A DNA stretch of 64,000 bases, taken from Bdellovibrionota bacterium. GTDB lineage: Bacteria; Bdellovibrionota; UBA2428. Below are positions 28,320-38,414 of the stretch, piece by piece; position 1 is the first letter of the stretch; every line of letters begins with the position of its first letter. The position numbers were made by a program, and so were the translations under genes. The stretch covers positions 128,309 to 192,308 of the forward strand of contig JBIKUK010000002.1 in the NCBI GenBank assembly GCA_044347615.1, written 5' to 3'. The notes under the pieces were generated by a model. That model was given only the letters and a program-made list of their open reading frames with translations. It did not search any database and was not told the origin of the DNA.

Positions 28320-29033
28320 GTGATCATTAGCGAACAAATTCTTCTTCGGCATGAAAGCGATCCTCTTGTGGTTCAGCTTAAAAAAAGCTTACGACGAAGA
28401 ACTTGGTCGATTGCTTTGAAGCCTGGTGGGGAAATTATTTGTTCTGTTCCCTTTAAGATGAGTGATGAAAAGATTTTGCTTCTTTTGCAAAAGCACGAAG
28501 AATGGATTCGGAAAAAATTAAAACGATTACAATCTTATTCCTCCATGAAGCTCACACATCGCTGGCAAGAGGGAGAAAGCGTCTACTTTCAGGGAAAAGA
28601 ATTGAGGCTTTGTCTAGAGCGCTCTTTTTATTCCAGTGTAAGTGTGGATGAAGACAATTTAATTATTCGAGCGGCAAATTTTCAGCCAACACATATAAAA
28701 AGAATATTTGAAGAATGGCTTGCAGTTGAAACTCAATCCCAAGCGCTTTTGCTTCTTTCAAAATGGACGTGTCGCTTTGAATTAGTAAAGCAGCCACCAC
28801 TTAGTTTTCGCACACTCAAATCATGTTGGGGTCTTTGTCGAAGCGATGGCCGAATCACTTTGCATAAGCATTTGGCTCGTATGCATCCAGAATTTTTTGA
28901 ATATGTGTTGGTTCACGAAATGTGTCATCTTTTTCACATGAATCACAGTTCTGCTTTTAAGCAGTTACTTGAATCACACATTCCTCATTGGAAAGAAATC
29001 AAAAAGAAACACGAGCCCTTACTTTCTTCATAA
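28320..29033 (+). CDS. YgjP/DUF45-family (M48-like) metal-dependent hydrolase
   Basis: The C-terminal YVLVHEMCHLFHMNHSSAFKQLLESHIPHW matches the HExxH...nHs..Fw signature of YgjP-like proteins. Confidence 0.75.
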   Translation: MIISEQILLRHESDPLVVQLKKSLRRRTWSIALKPGGEIICSVPFKMSDEKILLLLQKHEEWIRKKLKRLQSYSSMKLTHRWQEGESVYFQGKELRLCLERSFYSSVSVDEDNLIIRAANFQPTHIKRIFEEWLAVETQSQALLLLSKWTCRFELVKQPPLSFRTLKSCWGLCRSDGRITLHKHLARMHPEFFEYVLVHEMCHLFHMNHSSAFKQLLESHIPHWKEIKKKHEPLLSS

Positions 29034-29104
29034 TAATTAAAGAAGTGCTAAATGGAGGATTTCTATTCATTTAAATTTGAATAAAGTCTGGCAGAATAGG
29101 AAAG

Positions 29105-29833
29105 ATGGATAAAGCAATTGGCGGTCATTCGGATAAGCAGAAGGCTCTTGATAGAATTCAGGTGTTTTTAAATGAAACTTTAAGTGAAAATACTCAAGTA
29201 CTTGAGGTAGGATGCGGTTCGAATAGCCAGCTAAAGTTTACAAAGTCAGATCAAGTTACAGGTATTGATATTTCAAAAGATCAACTTGAAAGAAATTCTT
29301 TTTTAAAAAACAAAATTTTGGGTGACATACAATCATATGATTTTGAATCAAAAAAATACGATTTAGTAATTTGTTGGGATGTTTTGGAGCATTTAAAAAA
29401 GCCTAAATTGGCTATTTTAAATATGTTAAGTGTGTTGAATCATAATGGCATACTTGTGATAAAAGTTCCAAACTTGCTCTCTTTCAAAGGGCTTTTTACG
29501 AAATTTACACCTCACTTTATACACGTTTTTTATTACCGAAAAATCCTAGGAAGACCTTTGGCTGGAACTGAAGATAGAGCACCTTTTCCAACTTTTTTAT
29601 GTGTTGATGTAATTTTAAGTAAGGTTATTGATCTATGTAATAAAAATGGTGCTGAAATGGAATTTTTTGCATATTTTACGGATATTCAGATAAAGGCTCT
29701 TCCTCATGGTAGGCAAAAGGTTTTTTTGTTTGTTGCAAATATTGTTTCAATATTATTCCAGATTATAAGTTTTAATTATATTCGTAGCTATGAAAAATCA
29801 GACTATATGGTTGTTTTTAGGAAAAAAAAGTAA
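29105..29833 (+). CDS. Class I SAM-dependent methyltransferase
   Basis: Motif I is VLEVGCGSNSQ. The post-I acidic residue is in GIDIS. Motif II-like DLVICWDVLEHL is present. Confidence 0.75.
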   Translation: MDKAIGGHSDKQKALDRIQVFLNETLSENTQVLEVGCGSNSQLKFTKSDQVTGIDISKDQLERNSFLKNKILGDIQSYDFESKKYDLVICWDVLEHLKKPKLAILNMLSVLNHNGILVIKVPNLLSFKGLFTKFTPHFIHVFYYRKILGRPLAGTEDRAPFPTFLCVDVILSKVIDLCNKNGAEMEFFAYFTDIQIKALPHGRQKVFLFVANIVSILFQIISFNYIRSYEKSDYMVVFRKKK

Positions 29834-29882
29834 TCTTTAATGTGTTAAAAGATTTCTTGCATGGGCATGTAAAATTATATTT

Positions 29883-31109
29883 TTATTTTAGTAATTCTTT
29901 AGGCAACTTTGAGAGTTTTCCGTCATTCGGTGCAGGAGTAATTTCTAAAACTTTGCACATAAGCTCGTAAATATTTATGTTATCAAAAGCTGGAACGATT
30001 TCTTGAATGGTAAAAGAAGGTCCACGTGCATAAAAACTTGCTTGCATAGATTTTAACGTGTTGTCGTATCCGTGGGTAGCAATATAGGAATTTGCTTTTA
30101 CTGGTGAGAACTCAACTTTTGTTTTGATGTTTACTCTTTCTTTGGCAACAAGAAGCAAGTCGGGAATGCGATCACTTTTTTGATAGCGATAACGAGAGGG
30201 GATTTTTTCTTTTCTATAAACTTTATAGCTTTTTGATTTTTCTATGAGTTTTTTTTCAAGCTGCTTAAGTTCATCTTTGTTTGATGAAAAAAGTCCCACC
30301 ACAGAGCTCTTACCTATTTTGTCTACATTTGGAAAGTCATTGAGAATGTTTGAGATGTCGATTGTTTTTTTGGGATCCATGAGAACCATTCCATGATCAG
30401 AGACCACAAGGATATTAAGATCTTTTAACTTTTGCTTTTTTTCTAGCTCGCTCATTAAAAAACTAAGAGCTTCGTCAACTTCTTTGATGGCAGCTTTGAC
30501 TTCGTTTGTATGCGGTCCAAATTGATGGCCCTTTGAATCGACCACATCAAAATAGAGAGTAAAAAAATCGGGTCTTTTGTCATCGGACAGATCAAACCAC
30601 TTTAGTAGAAGCTCCACTCTTTCTTTGCTTGATATGTTTTTGTCATAAGGCTGAAAGTATGTAGGAAGCATTCCTTGGTGGGGTGCCTCGGACCCTGGCC
30701 AAAAGAGAGTGCCCGATTTGAGTCCTTGTTTTTGAGCGGTGATCCATATCGGCTCTCCCCGCCACCATTTAGGGTTATTCAAAAGTTCACGAGGGGCTCC
30801 TAAGAAAAAATGATTTTTAGGATCTTGGGGATCTCTGATTTCGTTACCCACGATTCCATGGTTTTCAGCGTAAAGTCCCGTTACGATCGTGTAGTGATTG
30901 GGAAAGGTAAGGGAGGGAAATATGGGTTTAAGGCTCTTGGCTCTTACTCCCTGACGAGCAAATTCGTAAAGGTTGGGGCTGTCTGCTTTTGAAAGATAAT
31001 CAGGACGAAATCCATCTATAGAAATGAGCAGGAGTGGGTGGCGTCCAAAACATAAAGAAGTGTAAAAAAAAAGAGTAGAAAAAATGAAGTAATTCTTAAT
31101 GTTTTTCAT
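29883..31109 (-). CDS. Secreted ectonucleotide pyrophosphatase/phosphodiesterase (NPP, alkaline-phosphatase superfamily)
   Basis: It has a signal peptide. LLLISIDGFRPDYL and FPSLTFPNHYTIVTGLYAENHGIVGN are the NPP metal-site and nucleophile-Thr motifs. Confidence 0.85.
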   Translation of the reverse strand: MKNIKNYFIFSTLFFYTSLCFGRHPLLLISIDGFRPDYLSKADSPNLYEFARQGVRAKSLKPIFPSLTFPNHYTIVTGLYAENHGIVGNEIRDPQDPKNHFFLGAPRELLNNPKWWRGEPIWITAQKQGLKSGTLFWPGSEAPHQGMLPTYFQPYDKNISSKERVELLLKWFDLSDDKRPDFFTLYFDVVDSKGHQFGPHTNEVKAAIKEVDEALSFLMSELEKKQKLKDLNILVVSDHGMVLMDPKKTIDISNILNDFPNVDKIGKSSVVGLFSSNKDELKQLEKKLIEKSKSYKVYRKEKIPSRYRYQKSDRIPDLLLVAKERVNIKTKVEFSPVKANSYIATHGYDNTLKSMQASFYARGPSFTIQEIVPAFDNINIYELMCKVLEITPAPNDGKLSKLPKELLK

Positions 31110-31179
31110 GACAATTGTTTAAAGCATTAAGTCATTTCTAACAATCAACATAATTAGGTTGTTTTTAAAATAAACTCAC

Positions 31180-31812
31180 GTGAAAATAGAGGTCATGTTC
31201 TCAAAATTTAAAACTAATCTTTTCTTGGTTCTTGTTCTATCTTCTCTGAATTCTTGCCTTGATCTTGTAGACACGCGAGATGGTGTTTCGGGTGTTGATA
31301 GAAGAGTTTTTGTAACTAAAAATACTTTTTTAGCTGATTTTGGGGGCTTCACGCCCGATGAAAAATGCCAAGAGGCAGCACAAGCTGCAGGTCTTGAAAG
31401 AATTTATACTGCAATCTTAAGTTATAGTGTGAATTCAGGTGATGCTCGATCTCGTTTGGGCGACAGCAGTGGATACCTGTATCTAATTGATAATGCGGGT
31501 TCCGCTTTTATCGTTACAAAAGGTTTACTTGATACAGATGGGCTTTGGGATAGGTCTTCTGTTAACTTGTCGACTGCTATCAATATGGATGAATACGGAA
31601 ATTCTATTGTGGGCACTTCAAGCGTTTTTACGGGGACAAAGGCAGATGGTACCAAGTTGGGTACGGCAGCAGCTGATTTTTGTAATAACTGGAAGAGCTC
31701 CAGTGCTCACGCGGTTCGAGTTGGAGATGCCTCTCAGGTTGATAGTAAGTGGGTTGATGATACCGTCGGAGATTGCTCTGTTGAGGCCCGTTTGTATTGC
31801 ATAAGTCAGTAG
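31180..31812 (+). CDS. Hypothetical lipoprotein
   Basis: It has a signal peptide with a lipobox-like LNSCLD. The 210-aa protein has a Cys-containing C-terminus. Confidence 0.5.
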   Translation: MKIEVMFSKFKTNLFLVLVLSSLNSCLDLVDTRDGVSGVDRRVFVTKNTFLADFGGFTPDEKCQEAAQAAGLERIYTAILSYSVNSGDARSRLGDSSGYLYLIDNAGSAFIVTKGLLDTDGLWDRSSVNLSTAINMDEYGNSIVGTSSVFTGTKADGTKLGTAAADFCNNWKSSSAHAVRVGDASQVDSKWVDDTVGDCSVEARLYCISQ

Positions 31813-31934
31813 TTTTGGCCTCTTAATTGTTCATTTTAATCAATCGTTAAGATGTAGGATTCGTTTTTCTGTAAAGCCAATTTTGTGGCTCAAAAAAAAA
31901 CTTTAGATACTCATTTTTTGCCGAATCAACTTTC

Positions 31935-32921
31935 ATGGGGTTCGGAAAAAAACATTTGTTTTTAATTATTATTTGTTTTCAAGTTTTTGTTTCAAAAAAA
32001 GCCGTTTCATCAGAATTTGATGGATCTCATCTAGACGAATTTAAGTTTCAGGTTGAAATCCCACGAAGCATGGCCGTAGTGGGAGATAGTATTAGTGCGG
32101 GAGCGTTTGCGATTTTTAATCGTACGGATGGGCTTAATCCTCTCTTACTTGGAAAGTTTTTGGATATAATGTTACGTCTAAGTTTAAAAAGATCTATAAA
32201 AGGTGTCGAGTATAAGCAATATAGTTGGGCTACGGGCTGGAGAGATTCGGTTGATTCACATTTAAATCGATTGAATGATCTAAGTGAAAAACCTTTAAAA
32301 AATTTAAATGCAGCAATCTCTGGATCCACAAGTTTTAATCTTAATTCTCAAGTGGATAATGTTCTTAAGTGGAGTCGTAAAAAATTAAAAACGAAAGCGC
32401 CTGATTATTTTATTGTTGAGATTGGGGCAAATGATTTGTGTTTACACGGGAAAGAATCAATGACGAGTGCCTCGGATTATTCTGAAAATATTCGAAACAG
32501 TGTTGAGAGGGTTTTGGTTCAAAATCCAAGAGCTAAAGTTCTTCTTGTCGGAATCCCAGATGTTTTTCATTTAAAAAAAGTAGCTGAAGATTCTTTTCTT
32601 TCTTTAATTCCAGGTCTTAATCGTTGTCGCAACATGTGGTCTTTTCATGGATTTTGTCAGAATATTCTAGAAGAAGACGTTTCCTCTCCAAAATACAAAG
32701 AAGCTCAGCTTCGCTATGGTCAATACATGCATGAACTTGAAAATGTTAAAGAGGATATAAACTCTGTATGGGGTTATGATACGGTAAGATTTTCTAATCA
32801 ACTAAGTAACTACGAATTTAAGGACACAGAGATAAGTTTTGATTGCTTTCACCCAAACAAAAGAGGTCAGAAAATGATTTCGGATATTACGTGGGAAGAG
32901 ACTTGGTGGTCAGATCTCTAG
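31935..32921 (+). CDS. Secreted SGNH/GDSL-family hydrolase (lipase or esterase)
   Basis: It has a signal peptide. Block I is MAVVGDSISAGAF (GDS). The catalytic DxxH is DCFHPNKRGQ near the C-terminus. Confidence 0.7.
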   Translation: MGFGKKHLFLIIICFQVFVSKKAVSSEFDGSHLDEFKFQVEIPRSMAVVGDSISAGAFAIFNRTDGLNPLLLGKFLDIMLRLSLKRSIKGVEYKQYSWATGWRDSVDSHLNRLNDLSEKPLKNLNAAISGSTSFNLNSQVDNVLKWSRKKLKTKAPDYFIVEIGANDLCLHGKESMTSASDYSENIRNSVERVLVQNPRAKVLLVGIPDVFHLKKVAEDSFLSLIPGLNRCRNMWSFHGFCQNILEEDVSSPKYKEAQLRYGQYMHELENVKEDINSVWGYDTVRFSNQLSNYEFKDTEISFDCFHPNKRGQKMISDITWEETWWSDL

Positions 32922-32995
32922 TTTTGCTAGAGCTAAAGCTTTCTTTTAATTACAACGAGCCTTTAAATTGATGCGCCGCTATTAGTTCTTAACTT

Positions 32996-34294
32996 TTGTT
33001 GTTCTTCACCTTAAAGAGATTAATCTTAGTATTAGACATGAAAGTTTTCTTTGTATTGTTCTCTTTAGTGAACCTGTCGTGGGCTCAAGAAATTGATTTA
33101 CGCACGGCTTTTGAGGCTGCCTCGTTAAATACAGAAGCCATGCCCATTCAAGAGTCAAAAGTTCAGCAAGGAGAGGAACAGGTTTCGCAAGCTTTATCTG
33201 GGATTTTTCCTCGGCTAAGTATTGTGGGAAATTACACGCGCATAGCTGACCCTGGATTCACGGGCGCTTTTGTTGCAGATCTCAATCAGCATTCAGCTAG
33301 GATCAGTGCGACACAGCCTTTGTTTCATGGATTAAAAGAGTTTGATGCACTTAGAATTGCGCAACATTCTTTAAAAAGCCAAAAATTTTTCACCCAAAAA
33401 GTAAAAGGATCTTTGTACTATCAGGTAGCTAAAAGTTTTTTTTCAATTTTAGCCGCTGAGCAAGATGTCAGAAATTTAAAAGAGGTTTTAAAATTTTCGC
33501 AGCAAAGAACTAAGGAGTTAGGGGCTTGGGTAAGGTCTGGTCGCTCACGAAACACAGATTTGCTGAGTGCTCGATCTCAGGAAGCTATCTTAAGCGCGCA
33601 GCTCGATGCGGCTTTAAATTTTTTAGATCAAACACGAGATAATTTTTATGCACTCACTAAGCTAGATAAAAACTCTCAACTTAAAGACCTATCCTTTGCT
33701 GAAGCCTCTCTGACGTTAAAATCCCTTACTGAGTACATAAATCTTGTTGAGAGACGTCCTGATATTCAAGCACTTGAAGCTCAGGTTCAAGCCGCACGTT
33801 ATAACAAAAAATACGTACGTGCCTCGTACTATCCCTCTCTTGATTTAGTGGGAAATTATTATCTTAATCGATCGGGAACGAATTTAAAAAATTCAAAGTG
33901 GGATGCCGGAATCAATTTAAATTTCCCTTTTTTTGAAGGGGGAGTTACAAATGCACAAGTCGGAGAGGCGGCTGCCAAGTTACACGAACAAGAGCTTTTG
34001 CTTGCTCAAGGAAAACGAAATGCTGAAGTGGAAATTAGGGTTGCTTATACGGAACTTCAAAAGTCTTTTAATCAGGTAAAATTACTCAAGCAGGCCGTGG
34101 AGACAGCTACGGCTGCTTATAAAGGATTATCTAAGGATTACCGTCATGGTCTTGCAACTAATATTGATGTCCTGAGTGCGATGTCAAAGCAATTAGAGGC
34201 AAAAAGATCCTATGACACAAATCGATATGCTTTAGAGGTTGCAAAAGCTTCTTTAGACAATGCAGTTGGCGAGTTTTTTTCACTTGAAAAATAA
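32996..34294 (+). CDS. TolC-family outer-membrane efflux protein
   Basis: It has a signal peptide (the start is probably the Met at 33040). The 430-aa protein has the coiled-coil and beta-barrel repeat organisation typical of the OEP family. It lies immediately upstream of an RND pump. Confidence 0.75.
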   Translation: MLFFTLKRLILVLDMKVFFVLFSLVNLSWAQEIDLRTAFEAASLNTEAMPIQESKVQQGEEQVSQALSGIFPRLSIVGNYTRIADPGFTGAFVADLNQHSARISATQPLFHGLKEFDALRIAQHSLKSQKFFTQKVKGSLYYQVAKSFFSILAAEQDVRNLKEVLKFSQQRTKELGAWVRSGRSRNTDLLSARSQEAILSAQLDAALNFLDQTRDNFYALTKLDKNSQLKDLSFAEASLTLKSLTEYINLVERRPDIQALEAQVQAARYNKKYVRASYYPSLDLVGNYYLNRSGTNLKNSKWDAGINLNFPFFEGGVTNAQVGEAAAKLHEQELLLAQGKRNAEVEIRVAYTELQKSFNQVKLLKQAVETATAAYKGLSKDYRHGLATNIDVLSAMSKQLEAKRSYDTNRYALEVAKASLDNAVGEFFSLEK

Positions 34295-34325
34295 AATTAA
34301 TAAACTTTCGAAAAAGGAGTAAACG

Positions 34326-37300
34326 ATGAGTCTTTCAGAAATATCTATTAAGCGACCTGTCTTTGCGTGGATGCTTATGGCCGCACTTATTGTTTTTGGT
34401 TGGATTGCTTTCAAGCGCATGGGAGTCAGTCAGTTACCGGATGTAGATTTTCCAGTCGTTTCTGTTTCTTTAAGTCTTGAGGGTGCGGCCCCTGAAATCA
34501 TGGAGGTGGACGTTGTCGATCCACTTGAAGATGCTTTAATGGGTGTTCAGGGAATTACAAATCTTACATCTTCGTCAAGAATGGGTTCCGCATCAATTTC
34601 GGTCGAATTTGATCTTGAAAAAAATATTGATACAGCTGTTCAGGAAATTCAAAATGTCATCTCTCGCACGCTTCAACGTTTACCCAAAGATCTTGATCCT
34701 CCTGTGGTTACAAAAAGCAATCCCGAAGATAATCCTATTATTTGGCTTTCCGTTTCCTCGGCAACAATGCCGCGTCCTGCGTTGATGTCGTTGGTTCGGG
34801 ATCAGATCAAAGATAAATTTTCTTCCGCAATGGGAGTGGGCGAAGTGATGATGGGTGGATATGTTGATCCGAGTCTGCGAGTCTGGCTTTCAACCGAAAA
34901 GCTAAAAAAATATTATTTAACAGTCAGTGATATTTTCAATACGATTCAATTAGAGCATACAGAGCGACCTTCAGGAAGAATCGAAAATTTAGAAAAAGAA
35001 ATCAACATTCGTACTATGGGAGAAGCTCCCACGGCAGAAGAATTCGGAAAGCTTGTAATTAGCAAAAGAGGTGGGGCGCCTAATTATAATCCAATTCGCC
35101 TCAATCAAGTCGCGCGCATTGAAGATGGTTTGAATGACGTACGATCAAAAAGTCGTGTAATGGGTATTTCAGCTGTCGGGCTTGGAATAAAAAAGCAGCG
35201 CGGAACAAATGCGGTAGCAGTGGCAAAAGCAATTAAAGAAAGACTTGAAGATGTAAAAAAGATTTTGCCCAAAGATGTCGACATAGCGGTTCGCTTTGAT
35301 TCAACAAAATTCATAGAAGATTCAGTTCATGAATTAAATTTTACTTTGCTACTTTCGGCTATTTTAACAGCACTCGTTTGTTGGGCTTTCTTGGGTTCTT
35401 GGTCTGCAACGATGAACGTCGTTTTAGCTATTCCCACTTCAGTTGTAGGGACCTTTATCGTTTTGCTAGCTCTTGGGTTTACTTTAAACACTTTTACTTT
35501 ATTGGCACTCTCTCTTGCGATCGGAATAGTTGTTGATGATGCCATAATGGTTTTAGAAAATATCGTTCGCCATAATGAAATGAAAAAAGATCGTTTCTTA
35601 GCAGCACTTGACGGATCGCGAGAGATTACCTTTGCAGCGCTTGCCGCAACAGTTGCTATTATTGCGATTTTTCTTCCTGTTGCCTTTATGAAGGGAATTA
35701 TTGGGAAGTTCTTTTATCAGTTTGGAGTAACTTTGTCTGTTGCGGTGGCTTTGTCGCTCCTTGAGGCTTTGACTTTAACTCCCATGAGATGTTCTCAATA
35801 TTTGGACTTGTCAGAGAGAAATTCTAGGATCGGCAAATTTATTGAAGCTTTTTTTGAAAAAAGTGCTCTTTCCTACGAAAAAATAGTAACAAAAATATTG
35901 AAGCACCGAGGTAAGGTTATAGGAGCTTCTCTTTTGTTTTTTGTTTTAAGTTACGCAAGCCTTTCTTGGCTAAGAAAAGAGTTCGTGCCTTCTCAAGATC
36001 AAGCAAGGCTTTTTATGAGAGTTAGAACTGATATTGGTTCTTCTATTCATGTAACAGATGCAAAAATTGCCGAAATAGAAAAGATTCTTTCTAAAAGGCC
36101 TGAGGTCGCTCAATATTTTTCAACAATAGGGCAGGGTTCAGAAGTAAACGTAGGTAATATTTTTATTACGCTTAAAGATTTCAAAGACCGCCCTCGAGAT
36201 AAAACTCAAAATAAAAAACTTACACAGCAAGAACTGATGGAAGTTTTACGAAAAGAAATGAAAGTCGTGAAGGGTGCAAAAACGACTCTACAAGATTTAT
36301 CTTTAAGTGGATTTAGCGCAAAGCGAGGTTATCCAATTGAGTTTACCGTGCAGGGCCCTGAGTGGGCTATTTTGACGGATTCCGTTACTAAAATCACTCA
36401 AGCGATGGATCAAACAAAAATGATGACTGATATTGATACAGACTATCGAGAAGGGATGCCTGAAGTACGTGTTGTTCCAGATCGTGAAAAGACTCGGGCT
36501 TTTGGTGTGAGCATTGCAGATGTGAGTACGACAATTGATGCATTGATGGGTGGGCAAATAGCAGGAAAGTTTTCAAAGGGTGGGCATCGCTATGATGTTC
36601 GTGTGCGTCTTGAAGAAGTCGAAAGAAAAAATCCCGATGACATTAAAAGGCTTGATGTAAGAAATAACCGTGGAGAACTTATTCCTATAAGTTCAGTCGT
36701 CAAACTTGAGGAGCGGATGAGCCTACAAGGGATTTCAAGGCAAAACCGTCAACGAGCGATTACTGTTTTTGCAAACGTTGCCCCTGGAGCTTCTCAAGCA
36801 AAAGCTATTGATGAAATTCAGCGTCTTTCTAAAAATATTTTGCCCTCTGGATATTTTATTCAGGTCAGTGGAAGTGCAAAAACTTTTCAAGAATCCATGT
36901 CAAGTTTAGTGGCCGCACTTGTTTTGGGAATACTGGTTTCTTATATGGTGTTGGCTTCGCAATTTAATAGCTTCCTGCATCCATTGACAGTTTTGGTTGC
37001 ATTACCTTTTAGTGTTTCAGGTGCTTTTCTAGCTCTTTTGATAGCCAATCAGTCTTTAAATATTTTTTCTATGATTGGATTGATCTTGTTGATGGGTATA
37101 GTGAAGAAAAACTCTATTCTTTTAGTGGATTTTACAAATCAGCTCCGTGAAGAGGGATTGGGAGTTGAGGCAGCACTCGTTAAGGCTTGCCCTGTGAGAT
37201 TACGGCCTATTCTCATGACTTCTTTAGCAACAATTGCAGGAGCTTTGCCCGCAGCTTTTGCGATTGGGCCAGGTGCGGAAAGCCGTATTCCGATGGCCGT

Positions 37301-37406
37301 GTCGGTGGTGGGTGGAGTATTAGTCTCCACAGTCCTGACACTTTTTGTGGTTCCGTGTGTCTACAGCTTACTTTCAAAGTTTGAAGGACAAAGAGTCAAG
37401 GTTTAG
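34326..37406 (+). CDS. RND-family efflux transporter permease (AcrB/HAE1-like)
   Basis: This 1026-aa protein has the N-terminus MSLSEISIKRPVFAWMLMAALIVFG. It has 12 transmembrane helices and two large periplasmic loops, which is the standard AcrB architecture. Confidence 0.9.
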   Translation: MSLSEISIKRPVFAWMLMAALIVFGWIAFKRMGVSQLPDVDFPVVSVSLSLEGAAPEIMEVDVVDPLEDALMGVQGITNLTSSSRMGSASISVEFDLEKNIDTAVQEIQNVISRTLQRLPKDLDPPVVTKSNPEDNPIIWLSVSSATMPRPALMSLVRDQIKDKFSSAMGVGEVMMGGYVDPSLRVWLSTEKLKKYYLTVSDIFNTIQLEHTERPSGRIENLEKEINIRTMGEAPTAEEFGKLVISKRGGAPNYNPIRLNQVARIEDGLNDVRSKSRVMGISAVGLGIKKQRGTNAVAVAKAIKERLEDVKKILPKDVDIAVRFDSTKFIEDSVHELNFTLLLSAILTALVCWAFLGSWSATMNVVLAIPTSVVGTFIVLLALGFTLNTFTLLALSLAIGIVVDDAIMVLENIVRHNEMKKDRFLAALDGSREITFAALAATVAIIAIFLPVAFMKGIIGKFFYQFGVTLSVAVALSLLEALTLTPMRCSQYLDLSERNSRIGKFIEAFFEKSALSYEKIVTKILKHRGKVIGASLLFFVLSYASLSWLRKEFVPSQDQARLFMRVRTDIGSSIHVTDAKIAEIEKILSKRPEVAQYFSTIGQGSEVNVGNIFITLKDFKDRPRDKTQNKKLTQQELMEVLRKEMKVVKGAKTTLQDLSLSGFSAKRGYPIEFTVQGPEWAILTDSVTKITQAMDQTKMMTDIDTDYREGMPEVRVVPDREKTRAFGVSIADVSTTIDALMGGQIAGKFSKGGHRYDVRVRLEEVERKNPDDIKRLDVRNNRGELIPISSVVKLEERMSLQGISRQNRQRAITVFANVAPGASQAKAIDEIQRLSKNILPSGYFIQVSGSAKTFQESMSSLVAALVLGILVSYMVLASQFNSFLHPLTVLVALPFSVSGAFLALLIANQSLNIFSMIGLILLMGIVKKNSILLVDFTNQLREEGLGVEAALVKACPVRLRPILMTSLATIAGALPAAFAIGPGAESRIPMAVSVVGGVLVSTVLTLFVVPCVYSLLSKFEGQRVKV

Positions 37407-38386
37407 TTGCTAACGGTTCGATTGTGAGAATTTTCTTTTATGCTTTGTTCAACCGTCGCACGATTTGAATTTTCGATCCAACCTTGTACAGATGTTGTCC
37501 AGTTTTTTTCACTAGAAGTGTTATAGAAATGGACTCCGTCTTCTAGATCTTTGTTTTGAATTGTTACTCTGTTCACGGTATCAAAAAAGCTTGATCTCAC
37601 TCCGTGTTCTTTTGAAAGATAAAATTTTATTTTATTACAGAGTTCTTGATGTTTATATTTTACTGCATCAGGAGGAAGGATGAATTTTATATCTTGAATC
37701 CCATTTTCTTTTGCAAGAGCAAAGATTTTATCTAAATCTTTAACAGGGCTATATTCCTCACTGTGATTGCTACCTAGCTGAATAACGAGATGAGTGAATT
37801 TTTTTTCTGGATTACCACATGAATGAGAAGCAAGAAGTTTCGCTAGATTCCAGTTTTGTGGAGCAGGGTCGTTCTTAGAAAAGCTCTTAGAATTTCCCTT
37901 GCCATCTTTAAAGTATGTTGCATTAGAGCCACTGGGGTTTTTCATTGGGTAATTTCCTGCCCATTGATCAAATCTTGATCCAGATACCGAATAAAGACAG
38001 GCCTCATTTCCGTTTTTGCTTAAAGCCTCGGCGATACCGGGCCCAAACTTTCCATAAGAAGATGAAAGAGAGTCACCAATGACAAGTGTTTTGTTGTTAG
38101 TTTTGTTTAAAGTTGAAGCCGTTTGAGTGTTAGCTTTAACTGCTTCAACTTTGGGAACTGGTACTGCTTTTACTGGTGCGTCGGGTTTGGGAGTAGGCAC
38201 AGCAGTTGCCTTTGTTGGTGTAACCCCCACGACTTTAGGAGGTTGCGGGACAGCAACAGGCTTTTGTGGTTTTGTAAATTCTTCAAAGCTTTTTGGCTCA
38301 ATATCCTCAAATGTAACTTTCAAAGCAAATGCTGAGGGATATATTAAAAGGCCCGAAAGAGTGATGATGGATATATTTTTTTTCAT
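37403..38386 (-). CDS. Secreted SGNH-type hydrolase with a Pro/Val/Lys-rich N-terminal linker
   Basis: After the signal peptide comes a PKP-rich linker (VPQPPKVVGVTPTKATAVPTPKPDAPVKAVPVPK). Then come TLVIGDSLSSSYG (GDS block) and DGVHFYN (DxxH-like) motifs. Confidence 0.6.
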   Translation of the reverse strand: MKKNISIITLSGLLIYPSAFALKVTFEDIEPKSFEEFTKPQKPVAVPQPPKVVGVTPTKATAVPTPKPDAPVKAVPVPKVEAVKANTQTASTLNKTNNKTLVIGDSLSSSYGKFGPGIAEALSKNGNEACLYSVSGSRFDQWAGNYPMKNPSGSNATYFKDGKGNSKSFSKNDPAPQNWNLAKLLASHSCGNPEKKFTHLVIQLGSNHSEEYSPVKDLDKIFALAKENGIQDIKFILPPDAVKYKHQELCNKIKFYLSKEHGVRSSFFDTVNRVTIQNKDLEDGVHFYNTSSEKNWTTSVQGWIENSNRATVEQSIKENSHNRTVSN

Positions 38387-38414
38387 ATCTTACTAATTCT
38401 CAGGATATGGTAAT

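Noticed and set aside
27938-29100. Genomic island or prophage integrated at tRNA-Gly
   Set aside because: No integrase, transposase or direct repeat of the tRNA 3' end was seen downstream. The neighbouring genes (YgjP-like, methyltransferase) have host-like composition.
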